From Bigelowiella natans CCMP2755 (lineage: Eukaryota > Protista > Cercozoa), in the NCBI GenBank assembly GCA_000320545.1, contig ADNK01001820.1, forward strand, positions 62,001 to 126,000: 64,000 nt of DNA, written 5' to 3'. The notes below the pieces were generated by a model that saw only the letters and a program-made list of their open reading frames with translations, did no database searches and was not told the origin of the DNA. This document shows positions 39,671 through 52,278 of this stretch, one piece after another (position 1 is the stretch's first letter; the number at the start of each line of letters is the position of its first letter). Both the position numbers and the translations under genes were made by a program.

Positions 39671-40780
39671 ATGAATGGCCCAAAAAAAAAACATTTTATA
39701 CCGAATGGTAAGGCTAATGGTGCAAATTTCAAGCCTAAGGTTGTCTCGAGAAGCCACGATGAATCAATCAATACCAAGGAGGCCCGGTTATCACGGCTGC
39801 GAGCAAAGTACGATTCATTCCTTTCCTCCCCCCATTTAGATAAGACGGCCAATAGTAGCGTGAGCGTGAGCGTAAACGGAAACAGTCCCAACGAACTCGC
39901 CTCGATCAATAACGAAAGATCAACGGATTTGGATCTAGATCCATTACACTTCCTCTCCTCCTCGTCACGAGCAATGTTAGAAAGCGGTCTAGATTACTCA
40001 TCGCATATTACATCTCGAACCCAGCCTCTTACTGACCATCCTAGCCGCGACACTAGCGTATTTTCTTCTCCAAGATCTAGGGTCATTCTCCCTCCACCCC
40101 GACGTACAAATTTGGACAGCAATATTTCTAGTCATCAACATCATCATCACCTAAAGATTCCAAGACCCGCCCATTTTCAATCCCTTTCAACCCATTTACC
40201 TCGAGAGAAGCCCGTAAAGCGCTCGAATCGGTTTGCTTCTAACCATCTTCGTGCTCCTTCGCCATACTTAACACACACAAATGACACCAGCTCTGACGAG
40301 ATGAGCAAGCGAAGTGCCCGAACTCTTCAAAGGGACTCTCTGAGACACAGCAGTCGCCCCACCTCTTTTATTCGTCGCTCTTACTCTGCCAGCGTATTCC
40401 CCACGAAGGGTGTTGGGAGAGATTTTCAGGAGAGGAAGGCTTTGGATATAACCTCAAACGCTGATTTGGGGCAACTACTTAGAAAACTGCAGGAGAAAGT
40501 TGATAGAATGGAGCGCACACTTTCTCGGGCGCAAACACCAACATCAGAATCTCGATATTCTGATGAGATCACTGAGAACAAAACCCCTGATCGGAAAAAA
40601 CAGCATGATGTTAAAGAGACAGAAGTTCCACACGACGATGATCCCCGAGATCTACCTGCGTGGGTTTTTGTGTTCCTTCTGTTTTTAGTTTCTATATTTT
40701 TGTATAGTGCTGGCCAACCTGTATTTCTTGTTGCAAATACAGCATTTATTTTTATACTGTCTCTAAAGTATCTAATATAG
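39671..40780 (+). CDS. Intronless orphan protein, 369 aa: Ser/Arg/His-rich disordered region, short coiled coil, C-terminal transmembrane hairpin
   Basis: ATG-to-TAG ORF. Coiled coil ADLGQLLRKLQEKVDRMERTL. Hydrophobic end LPAWVFVFLLFLVSIFLYSAGQPVFLVANTAFIFILSLKYLI. Confidence 0.65.
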   Translation: MNGPKKKHFIPNGKANGANFKPKVVSRSHDESINTKEARLSRLRAKYDSFLSSPHLDKTANSSVSVSVNGNSPNELASINNERSTDLDLDPLHFLSSSSRAMLESGLDYSSHITSRTQPLTDHPSRDTSVFSSPRSRVILPPPRRTNLDSNISSHQHHHHLKIPRPAHFQSLSTHLPREKPVKRSNRFASNHLRAPSPYLTHTNDTSSDEMSKRSARTLQRDSLRHSSRPTSFIRRSYSASVFPTKGVGRDFQERKALDITSNADLGQLLRKLQEKVDRMERTLSRAQTPTSESRYSDEITENKTPDRKKQHDVKETEVPHDDDPRDLPAWVFVFLLFLVSIFLYSAGQPVFLVANTAFIFILSLKYLI

Positions 40781-43059
40781 CTTTAAGATTACTAAAGATT
40801 TGATAGATATCATCAGTTTAACTGAAACTACTTAAAGAAGTATGGATAATGATATGCAAACCGGTATGGTACGACGATATGTGATGTATCGTCTTCAAAA
40901 TTTACCGTACGATGATGAACATATGAAGTACTTAATTACATGTGCATGCTGGAACGTTATGCACATATACAACATGTGTGTACACTTGTGTATATACATA
41001 TGTGTGCATGAATGTTCGTATGATTGTGTTTGCGTGCGTGTGTATGCGTGTGTGCATAATGCTAGTTAGCTATCCGATCCTTCATCAGTAGCAGCTTGAT
41101 TTGTGACATGACAACTACTTTTTTGCGAAAGCACTCCCGTAGCACCACATAGCTGCGAGACACGTGTGTAAGTGCACCATCTGCTTGCATGCGCAAAAGG
41201 TCCGCTGCATTTTCAAGTATAGCATCATGATGTACGTAGGTTGCACCGCTGCGTGTGCTGTATGTGTGGATTATCTGCTAATAATGGCATAGAGACAACG
41301 TAACTATAATATGCAACTAGCGCTTGTGATAAACCTACTACATCAGGATGACTATTGAAAAAATGTAATCATTTCACTAGACCATCTCATTATCATTCAT
41401 GTGTATAGAGCCGCAACTTTGCACAGCTATATTAAGGATGAATACTGAAAGTATGAAATTTTTTCATTCAACACATCCGCCAATGATCACTTCTGCAGCG
41501 TTGAACTTAGCTAGTTACGCGTACACCAGTGCGCAGGCACTGTAGTCATACATATAGCGATGAACTGCCGCGCCAGAATCAAAAGCTAAACATCAAATTT
41601 GGTAATCTTACATCTCCGCATAGCTACTGCAGCTATGCTGCCTGCGGTGGCCTTCATGCAGCGCCGTTGTTGCTTTGGAACCTGTTGTTGCTACGATACG
41701 ATGCATACAGACTCGATGCTCCTGGGAAAATTTGGTTGCAAACATATGCGACATAGCCAGTGTGGCATGCAGCGAGACATTGCATCATTTATATCCTTTA
41801 CACTCACGTACGTGAGAAACGAGGGAAAAGGGATTTTCCACCTGATCGATCGATTAGCGCCATGTACCTACCGCCATGTTATCTCTCGTCATGACTCTGC
41901 ATTTAGTTTTTTCACCGCTCACATCATTGTAAAATGGGAAGAAATTCATTTAATATATCTTCCTTCTCTTTACCTGGCATTTATTCTTTGACCTCCCCTC
42001 AGTAATAATACCGTGGTGAGTGTCGGACTCTGAGCATTTCGGGCTAGAGAACGCAAAACTCTCGCCTGCTCCTTCTTCGGAGGTCATAGCCTAGAGGTAT
42101 CAAAGTATCTACGGACACTAGCGTAGCCGTAGCAGTAAGTTGTGTCAAGAATCTATCAGATAATACTGGTGATGGGAAAATCATAGGGCAGGAAAAGCAG
42201 GGTGGGAAAGAGAGCAGACGGGATGATGCTGAGATTGAAAATGGCGAAGGAATAAGCATCGATAGGGCAGATCGCTTCATTAAGGTGATGCTGGTGCTGG
42301 AACAATTACCTCATCCATATTTAAATTTTGAAAATACATTGGGTGCAATACACACATACACAAGCACGCACACACATTTTGATATATACATTTATGTGTG
42401 TGTGTGTGTTATTTCATAACGGCACAAATTCTTACACATTTTATAACAATCCGAGTTAGGTATCTTCCCCTTGCCCTTTCTTAGTACCCGGCACTTTCCT
42501 AGCATTTTTTGGCAACGTCTTCCCCTTGCTTCGTGAAGCGGTGGCAATTTTCCAGTCTTCGTCGTTCTTTCTCAGTTGGCACAAACGAGTTAGCCGTATC
42601 CTCGACTACCACAATGCAAGATTATACGGATCTCGTCATGCTTTCCACGTTCGTCGTTCGCTTTCGAAGATATAATCTAAGTATAACTTAGAGATATTCA
42701 CAGAGTGCAGCTGGGCTCCACTGGCAACTGTTTCACGATCGTCAAAACGTCGTCCTCAATCACTAAACGAATATGCTGTTTGCTGTATGCGATGAGTCTC
42801 TGATAGTACTGACACGGTAAATTATCTATGCCATCACCTCAACCTTCCAAGCTCATGCACTCAGAAATTTGCGATGGATTGGGGAAACCGGCACCTGCTC
42901 GTCGACCACCATTATCTCGGGTTTCATTGGCAAAACGACGTTTAGAATTTGTCCTACAATTTTGTGGTGCGACAAGGACAGTATTTAGTATCAGGAAGAT
43001 TGTAACCTGCCTATCGAAATTTGTCGTCTGTGGTAGGCAAGTCTGCTAATTTTTAGACG

Positions 43060-43364
43060 GTAAAATATCCTATAGAAATTAGTCTAATGATGAATAATAA
43101 TGATGAACCATGGCACCATCTCCGCTATTTAATCGCCCGTAAAATATCCTATAGAAATTAGTCTAATGATGAATAATAATGATGAACCATGGCACCATCT
43201 CCGCTATTTAATCGCCCGTAAAATATCCTATAGAAATTAGTCTAATGATGGATAATGATAATGAATCATATCACCATTTGCGATATTTAATCGTCCGTAA
43301 AATATCCTATAGAAATTAGTCTAATGATGGATAATAACAATGAATCATATCACCATCTCCGCTA
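43060..43364. repeat. 79-bp minisatellite, about 4 copies
   Basis: Unit gtaaaatatcctatagaaattagtctaatgatg...caccatctccgctatttaatcgccc starts at 43060, 43139, 43218 and 43297. Copies 1-2 look identical; copies 3-4 share variants. Confidence 0.95.
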
Positions 43365-43438
43365 CTCGCTCGCCAAATTCTCGCTCATAATCGCACACCT
43401 CAAAAGGAGGACATGTAAGCCGGAGGAGGAGGGGTTTG

Positions 43439-44149
43439 ATGGTGTACTCGCTGCAGTACGGTGTGTTCTTGTGTTGTTCTCATGTGATACTATTATTCTA
43501 CCTCACTAAACAGAGAGCTGGTCTCCCCTCGTGGATTCTTTCTGTTAAAACCATTCCATGGATGGGCAAAAAATCACGCAAGGACGATTCCCGCGTGAGC
43601 AATCGGAGATGGAGCAATACCTCTGTGAGAGATGATGCACTGGAGCTTTTGGTGGTTCTCTCTACGCTCGGGATTGTTTGCGTTTCGAGTTTGTTGTTGT
43701 CCCGATCAGCTCCTTCAGTGTATCCACCATTTCTAGGCTTCAAGAACTACCCAGACAAGGTACTCCGCGACGAAGCAAGACGAATGAAAGAGGTGTACTG
43801 TCCGAAGGATTGGAAACACTTTACGCCTGCTCAAAGACCACGGGATCTGCTGAGGAGGCAGATTTTAATTAGAACTTACTTGAAGCCATTTAAGTTGAGG
43901 CCGAGGAGCGTGCGGAAGATCGAGGAGCACGCCAGAGGCAAGCGCCTCCAACATCTCTTCCGCGTTCTGAAAGAGAGACCGAAATCGCTGCTACGAAAGC
44001 GTAAGAAATGGGCTTTCGAGGAAGTTTTTAAGGAACACATTGTGGCAAGGCTTTCACGAAATGAGAAAAAGAATGAATCCCTGCTGCTGCAGTTGAGAAA
44101 AACAATAAAGTCAGAATTTCATAACTTTATTTCGAAGCATATTGTTTAG
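43439..44149 (+). CDS. Intronless orphan protein with hydrophobic N-terminal segments and very basic C-terminal half
   Basis: ORF of about 236 aa (ATG 43439, TAG 44147-44149). TM/signal-like ALELLVVLSTLGIVCVSSLLLS, then Lys/Arg-rich helices. Confidence 0.55.
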   Translation: MVYSLQYGVFLCCSHVILLFYLTKQRAGLPSWILSVKTIPWMGKKSRKDDSRVSNRRWSNTSVRDDALELLVVLSTLGIVCVSSLLLSRSAPSVYPPFLGFKNYPDKVLRDEARRMKEVYCPKDWKHFTPAQRPRDLLRRQILIRTYLKPFKLRPRSVRKIEEHARGKRLQHLFRVLKERPKSLLRKRKKWAFEEVFKEHIVARLSRNEKKNESLLLQLRKTIKSEFHNFISKHIV

Positions 44150-45128
44150 ATTTACGGGGGAAATATGGGTGCGGGAAATAATATGAGGAAGTTTATTGTC
44201 CACATTGCATCATAGCATTTGTGCCAACTCTGCATTTTATAGAGAATTTTACTCTTCCACAAACATACAAGGTCGATCGTATCCGTGCAGCGTTGGTACA
44301 AATGCCACAATGCAATGTTAACGATACACGACATGCGCCATCACGCATTTAGATTAGCCACGCGCACATAGTATGGCTTCAAAATTCTGGAAATATCATT
44401 TCGATAGATCACGCAATGAGCATGCAAAGCACTGTGCGTAGGGTCGTAGGGTCTGCGCAACATGAAACACCATGTTGTAGACGACTAGAGAATGAAACAC
44501 AGAATGCCATGCACATGTACATACATGTAAGAGCCTTTATCATTTATTACACGACATCGCACGAATGCATGCTATTATTATTCTGTTTGTCTAGGTGGCG
44601 CGGTACGTTTTATTCATTGTACGTTGGATGATCGACGGTGTCACGCATATACGATAGCGAATAAGCCGCCAGCATATGACCTATTTGAGCGAGCGGGCAC
44701 CGCATAGTCTAGTAGTCATCATGCAAAATTTGTGTGCAAAATTTGTACCGCACATGTAGTCTAGATTGTGCGAACAGTTGCTGCGAGACAGCGGTGCACA
44801 CACATACCACGTTACTTCCTATCATTTATCCATGTGACAAAGCTAACGTACGCCTGCTAGCCTGTGCATCATTGCACTGATCGGTACGCTACATACCAAT
44901 AAGCCAAGTCATAAGAAGGCAAACACGTTATTTACACGTACACGTGAAACTCAAAATTAGGAGAACCGTTTATTTAGTTAGATTAAATATTGATTCGCAT
45001 TCATCATTGCAGTAAGAGAAACTAGCTCGTTCGGTCTGCCCACGGGCAGTGGCGCTCCGCCCTGCCATCTTTCAACATTATATATTTCTAAGACTCACGA
45101 TTATTATCATGCCATGAGAGGTGTACGT

Positions 45129-46050
45129 TTATCGCTGCTTCTTGGTGTTATTAGAGTTACAAGAGAGCACGTTGAGGTGCAGAAGGAAGCATAGACCAGC
45201 CACACTTGCTGCTCCCATAACGAATCCATACTCGAAACCGTTCGGAATATACCCTGCAGAGTCTTTCTCGAGTTGTTCTAGCATGTCGTTGCTCACCTCT
45301 TCTGACTGCCTAGCTTCCTTTCCACCCTTCGCTTCAGGGGGGAATGGAGGCAGATGTTGAGCTGTGGTAGCTTGCTGCTGCAGTGCCAAATTTTGTGCCG
45401 GTTGATTTGACGCTGGATGTACAGGCGGTCTCGGCTGCGGTGGTATAGCTATAGGAGGAGGATGAGGAGGTCCAGGCTGCGGGTGGTTGTTGTTGTTGTT
45501 GTTGTTATTGTTGATGTGAGAGAAGTCAGAAGGTACGAAAGATACGGTCTGAGGCTTCGCTAATGCTTTTGCATAGTCCGGAAACTGTTTCTTCACGCCT
45601 TCAAGCCAGTCCTCCCTTTCTTTCTCTCCTAGTGCGTCTCGAAGCACCACAGTGAGAGTCTTGATGTCTCCTGGTCGGATCACGACGGAGGGGGCAGGAA
45701 GGGAGAGCAGCTTGCGCGACCGCTCAAGAGCTGATTTGGACAGGAAGACGCCCTCCTCTTCTGTGTTCTGAGAGGCCTGTCGATCCATCTGCATCTTATC
45801 CAATCGCTTCGTAGCCTCATCCACCGTCTGAGTCGATACCCGGAATGAGAGTGCATCCAAGAATCTGCGAGAAGGAGGAGGAGGAGGAGGAGGAGGAGGA
45901 GGAAAGGGTGGTATCGAGGAATAGGAGGAACATCATAAAGAAAAGATAAGATAGCAGTACTAGTAGTAGCAGAGGCCACATCTCTTTTCTAGGCACAGCA
46001 CTAAAAAGAATTGCCTCGGTATCACCCGCTGTTACCATCATCAGAAATAC

Positions 46051-46092
<42 letters not shown>

Positions 46093-47175
46093 CACACAAA
46101 CCTTTCTCCCTGATGGGTGCTCGAGAGAGTGCTCTGAGTGACTTGGTCTATGCTAAGAGTTTCGAACAGCCGCTTGTCGCTGTCGTCAAATGGCAGACGG
46201 AACTCGGGCGCGGAGGGCGACAGGCTGCGAAGCCGCAGTACGACCTCATCTGTTGCCCCATCCCTTACCTGCGTGTGGCAGTTATGTTGTATAAATCGAT
46301 AACACGACAATGACGACGACGATGAACAGAAGAAAAATAATAGAGGAGGAGGAGAAGGAGGAGAAGGAGGAGGAAGAGGAGAATCTAAAGATCAAATACG
46401 ACAAATGCATTTGGAGAGTCATTGCTACTGCTACTGCTCATCGTCATCATCATTGTCATCACCATTTTACTACTACTCCTACCACTACTAGTACTACTAC
46501 CATTAGAGACATGATGTGGATGTGCGCTGGGAGTTCCGTTTTGAGCGGTGCGAATTGTGATAAGAGAGCTTCCTCATTAGAAGCTGTGGCATCTGCGGCC
46601 GCTGTGAAGAGCACATGCGGAGGATTATTGAGACGAAGCTGATGCAGCTCAAATAATTCCTTCGAGAGGGGCACTTTGTCCAGAGTGAACCACAGAGTCA
46701 CCTCGGGCCGAGAGGCATCACGAACAGCTTCTGATAACCCTCGCCCGTCGTCCTGAAGGGAGAAGATGTTGTATGTTATTGTTGGACCAGTAAGATATGG
46801 ATGAGAGTTTGGTAGATGTTGAGGGGAGGGAGGGGAGAGTCGTCAGAGAATATCATCTTATTTTGGATTTTGCTGCTCCTCTTTCTATCCACTATCATCG
46901 TCACTTCGCTATAAAAATGAACAAAACGGTACTAACTTGATTGAGCTGTCGATGGATCATCATCTCAATATGTCCCTCGTCCTGGCTTCCAACGCCAACT
47001 GAGTGTGAGTTCAAAATGGAAAACCCATAGCCCCCTCCACCAGCAGGCTCAGCGATACGACCGCCGTATACCGACGGCCAAAAATTCTTCGATATCTTCC
47101 CGGCCATCAGTGACCGCCTTGGCACAAATTCGAGTCCATTGTGTGTTGCGATCTGAGCGTGTTTATGTTTGTATG

Positions 47176-47219
<44 letters not shown>

Positions 47220-47618
47220 ACTGACAAAGAGGATGTGAGCGAGTGATTTAGTGAGAGAGGGAGAGACTGCTTATTACATTAAAATAAAAGCTCGCGCGCA
47301 CAGATACGCATGCGTACCTCTCGCTGGTTCTTGATGTCAGTCTCAAAGTAAGTAACGAGTTCTTCGTTAAGTCCCACGTTGACGGTGAGAGTTTGCTGCA
47401 GCGCGAGGGCATTCAGCACTTTCCCTCCTTTTGGAAGCATCATCTGCACCTGTGGTGATAATAGGAAAAGTAGGAGTTGTAGTGATATTAGTGCAGCAGT
47501 TGTAACAGGAAGAGGAGGAGGCGGTCTAAGGCTTTGTTTATAGATGATGTCCGGTTATGGTCAATTACAGACTTTGTTTATAGATGATGTCCGGTTATGG
47601 TCAATTACAAACTTCTTC

Positions 47619-47653
<35 letters not shown>

Positions 47654-48664
47654 GTTCCTCATCTTCCTCCTACTACCCTATAGAAATGGTTAAGAGATTT
47701 ATTGCTACACATTATTATCATCACCCCAAAGCCTAGATCTCCTGTGACCCCAGTGACAACATCTACGACATTGCCTCGGAACACACGACAGCGTGCACTG
47801 CCACTAGCTCCAACATGCTCGGCTGGTCGCACAGGGCGGAAGATGTACGCCCCTGATTTGTGCGTGCGGTACCTTTCGATATTTTCAACACAACAGTATT
47901 ATCAGTAGGAGGAGGAGGAGGAGGAGGAGGAGGAGGAATTTATGGTGGTGGTGGTGGTGGTGGTGCCCTTTTTTGTCGTTGTCGTCGTCGTTGTCGTCGT
48001 CGTTGTCATTGTTGTTGTTGACTGTGAGATTTGCTTCTACTTCTACAAACTTGTTCGTCTCCTCTATTCTCATCATCTCACCGTCTGAGCGTCTGATCGA
48101 TGCGCACGCGCCGTTGCTGCTGTTCCCCGCGCTTATCCGTCATTGCACGAAGGAGACAATGTTGACTCAACTCCACTTTGTATACCTGAGGAGACAGATA
48201 TAATATGTCAAGCTGCTGCTGCTTATGATGACAGGGAAGACGAAAAAAATGATGATAATGATAATGATAATGATGATGATAATGATGATGATGAGGGAAA
48301 AAATGATCTGCATCTACACCTCGTTCTCGATGAAAATCTCCCCTCTGCTCCCCGCCGACTCCAAATCGCCCTTTTGCACCCCACCGTTATTATCGACGCC
48401 CCGGAGCATGCCTAGGAGAGAAGTGAGGGGTGGGGGAGCAAAGGAGAAAGATAGAAATGAATAAAACCATATAATTCACACTCCAGAGATCTTGCAATGG
48501 GACTCTGCAGCACTCGCTCTTTCCTTTTTATGGCCAAGAAACCGCCTCAAGATCACACAATTTCAGCGCCGCGCCGTAATTTCTGTGTCTCATGATTATT
48601 TACATCGTCGTAATGTATAACTCCTGTCGAAAACTCTAAGTTTTGAATACTACTACCACTACTG

Positions 48665-48698
<34 letters not shown>

Positions 48699-49826
48699 GC
48701 TACTACTGGCGCCGCTGCTATAATACCGCCTCCTCCACCACCGCCTGGAATATACTCAGTGACTCGGGAGGGCGTAGCTGCGGTCAGCCCGGGGGGAGCA
48801 TCTGCCGGCGATGAACGCACGTGTACGTAGAAGACAGATGCGCCCAATGGAGGCACCTGCTCAAAATAGTAAATTCCATTATCAACAAGGTGAATCAACG
48901 AGGGGGTGAGTAGTAGTAGTAGTAGTAGTAGCTCCCCCTCTGCCTATCTTTCTTTTTCCTCAGAAGAGAGGAGGTGTCACTTTCAATGTTCTGCATAAGT
49001 GCGTATTCTGTCGATGGGAAGAGATGATTTTGCGGAGGAGGAGAAGGAGGAGGAGGAGGAGGAGGAGGAGGAGGAAGGGGAGAGTCGAGAGTCGCTATCA
49101 ACCCAAGACAAGAATAACCTGAGCGAAAAACCGAAGTATATACTCCGATGAGCTTGGGGAGGGGTCCTGCGCACCCGTCCAGTGCCGATCAACTTGAGAC
49201 TGATGATGGGAGAGACAAAGATGGTGGTAACAACATAACGCTCTTACTATGAGGAAATACACTGCATAGTAGTAGTTGTAGTAGTAGTAGTATACATTAA
49301 TACATTGAGGAGTTGTTGGGATGACTACTATACCATCGTGGCAGCTCCCTCGGAATTAGCCACGTACACATGCGGTGAATCCACGTGGACGCTTATTACC
49401 TACATTTGCGAAACTAATGTGGAGAGAAGAAATGTAGATGAAAGCGTGCATAATTGTTGTGTTGATACTAATTACGAGACAGTATTAACGTGCAAGATGT
49501 GTTCAATTTGAACGACATTCTTCGGATTGCCGCTGCATCATTTGCTGTTTGGGTCTCAAATACAAAAAAATGCGCTGCACGTACACAGAAAAATGCAAGA
49601 CACCCCCCCCTCCCCCCCATAACTTTCTAGTGACAACCACCACCACCACCACCACCATCACCTCGCTCCGCTGCCACGAAAGCGAGTTGTAGACGATGAT
49701 TGCATGCACTGTTTTGCCGCGTTCGAGCACACGCGCTGCGTGAGTAAGCTTGGCAGGGTTTGAAGGATCTTTCGTCAGCATGATGCTCAGATACGACTCT
49801 ATGATTCCAGATGCAGTATTTAGGGC

Positions 49827-49901
<75 letters not shown>

Positions 49902-50470
49902 TGATGATGATGGATGTTCGTTATGACGACGACGATGATGATGAGAGAGAGCAAAGACAAGTATTGTTCTTGTTCTCCACGTACTCCTACTCCAAAGAAC
50001 GACAACTTTTATTACTACTGCTACTACTACTACCGCTACTACTACTACTACTCCTACTACTACTTATACCCTATTCATCCGAGCAACGTAATCGTTCGCC
50101 ACGTGACTAATAATGATGAAAATGATGATAACGATGACGATGATGATGGGAACAAAATTTCGATTAATGTTGGGAATGAGAGAGAGCCACAAATGTAGAA
50201 TACTCCTGTAAGAATATATCCACCGCTAATAACACCATCGCTCTTGTGGCATCATCATCAATACCTTCTGCACGTTCCCGTAATCGCATCGTGGTGGCTA
50301 AAAATCGCTGCCTGCATGTGCAATTCATACACAACGAGAAGTGGAGAAATGATTCTTCTTACAACGACGACAACACACAAATTAGCACAGAAGTACCCAC
50401 CCTAGAGAAGATAAATAAATAGATTCTTCATCAAACTCCACTACTATTTTCATAAAATAATAAACGCGCG

Positions 50471-50502
<32 letters not shown>

Positions 50503-51842
50503 AACTACTACTACTACAACCTCTGTCCTCGCAGTCTTGATGTGCTCGAAAGTTTGCATCCAGTGCGCTGCCGCCGCCGATGGGTTCACAAGGCCGGCAG
50601 GAGCTGGGTTATTGTTGGCGTTGATATTGGCCCTGGCAATGGCGTAGAGTGCTTCCGCAGCTCGCATTGACGCCTCAACCTGAGGGAAAAGAGAAAGGAT
50701 TGGGGAGTGAATACAGCCACAGCGAGTGCATTTAATCAGACTTGTTTGCATCTGTAAATCAAAAGAACCTGACGTGACAGTTTCTTCAGGAAAGGCCGAG
50801 TGGTGTAGTAGCCAGTCCAATAACTATCTTCATTGTCAGCATAAGGGAAGAAATCCCCCATGAAGAGAGGAAAATCCTCCCCCTTCTCTACAGCCCAGTC
50901 GTGCACGGAGCGGAAATACTCAGAAAGCGTGGAAAACCGCAAGGTCACCCCGAACCTCTGTGAATTGGCGTTGACATGCTTAATCAGCGCTTCCATGTTC
51001 TGAAACTGATTCGCAGCGTTCTTAAACTTGAAGTCGTCTCCAAAAGGCACCAGCAGGTGCGGCGACTTGTATGAGTTCCTCCGCCTTTTCAGCTCATTTG
51101 TGAGCATGTTGGCACGGGATTCTACGTTGTTGTTGTTTATCTGTGGGGCGCCCTCCTCCCAGTCGAAACCCTTCGGTGCAGAGTAGTGGGTGTGCAACAC
51201 GTGCGTGAACATGTCTGTATCGCCACCCGCGCTTGCCCCCCGCCACATAAATTCCATTAGGCGGCCTGCTTTGTACTCTCCTTTCTTCTGATGATGGATG
51301 CGATTGATAACAAGAGCGTCAAACCCCATCTTCTTAAACAGGCTTGGTGTGATTGAAGAGTGGCCAAATGGATCGATTTGCCATCCAATACGTGGCTGCA
51401 CCCCGAAGTTCTCGAGCAGATATTGGTGGCCGGTTGTCATTTGATTGACAACAAGCATGAGGTCCGAAGCTGCTTCGTCATTCTGAGCCCACCCACCTCC
51501 TACAAATTCCCATCGTCCTGAGTGGACAAGATCTCGGAATTGTCGTTTCCGCTCCAGGGACTGATCCTCATACCAGCGCGAGAAGAAGGAGATTTCTGCC
51601 CAAACAAAACGCTTGTTCGGATCCCCAAGCAGCTGGTCCGTTGCCGCGCTGATGATGCGGTTGACATCACTAGTGTAGTAATTCTCGAAAGTAGACAACC
51701 ACCCAGGGTCGCAGTGGCTGTGCGCAATGATGTGCGCGGTGAGCATTTCGGCTGCACATGTATGTGTAGGTCTCGGCAGAAGTATCGTCAGCCAGACGAT
51801 CAAAATGGATGGAATATGGAACCCCAATATTGTTCGCAGCAT
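45129..51842 (-). CDS. Glycoside hydrolase family 38 alpha-mannosidase with signal peptide and C-terminal TM anchor, multi-exon
   Basis: HIIAHSHCDPGWL, WEFVGGGW, WQIDPFGHS (catalytic nucleophile motif), VPFGDDF, YWTGYYTTRPFLK, HHDAITGT, SGAYIFRP and IEMMIHRQLNQDDGRGL. First in-frame ATG at 51842; stop 45129-45131. Confidence 0.95.
47532..47611. repeat. 40-bp tandem duplication in a mannosidase intron
   Basis: ctttgtttatagatgatgtccggttatggtcaattaca at 47532 and 47572. Confidence 0.9.
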
Positions 51843-52278
51843 CGTTTTATTACTCACAAACAGAGGTACTAGGAGACGTAAACTCTCGTTGCTCTACCGA
51901 AGAGGCTGCCTCCCCATGTTCAGGGGATAAAGGTCCCACGCATAGATCTGGAGATGATGACGAAGGGCCCTCTGGATCGCAAACCGCAAAGCAGCGTTTC
52001 AATCAGATAAAATCGTATCAATTAATTGTGACATATATATAGAATATCGAGCAATATTCTTCCATTTGACAAATACTTGATGTCGTAGAGCAGATTTTGA
52101 AATTCTGAACTGTCCGAACATAGGGATGTATGTCTGAGACAGAAGCATATCGGCAAGGAAAGTCTTCTTTTTGACCTGGAAACATCGGATCGGCTTGCTG
52201 CGATGGATTTTCTCATTCCACCTTTTCAGACCTTGTCGCACGTATCGAATAGCCTGCGTTTTTGTAGTCGTCATACTC

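Noticed and set aside
42040-42930. Coding-like fragments on both strands
   Set aside because: Multiple stops and frameshifts and no recognisable family; mentioned only as debris within the accessory island.
43060-43364. Possible CRISPR array
   Set aside because: Units are contiguous 79-bp near-identical repeats without unique spacers; eukaryotic context and no cas genes.
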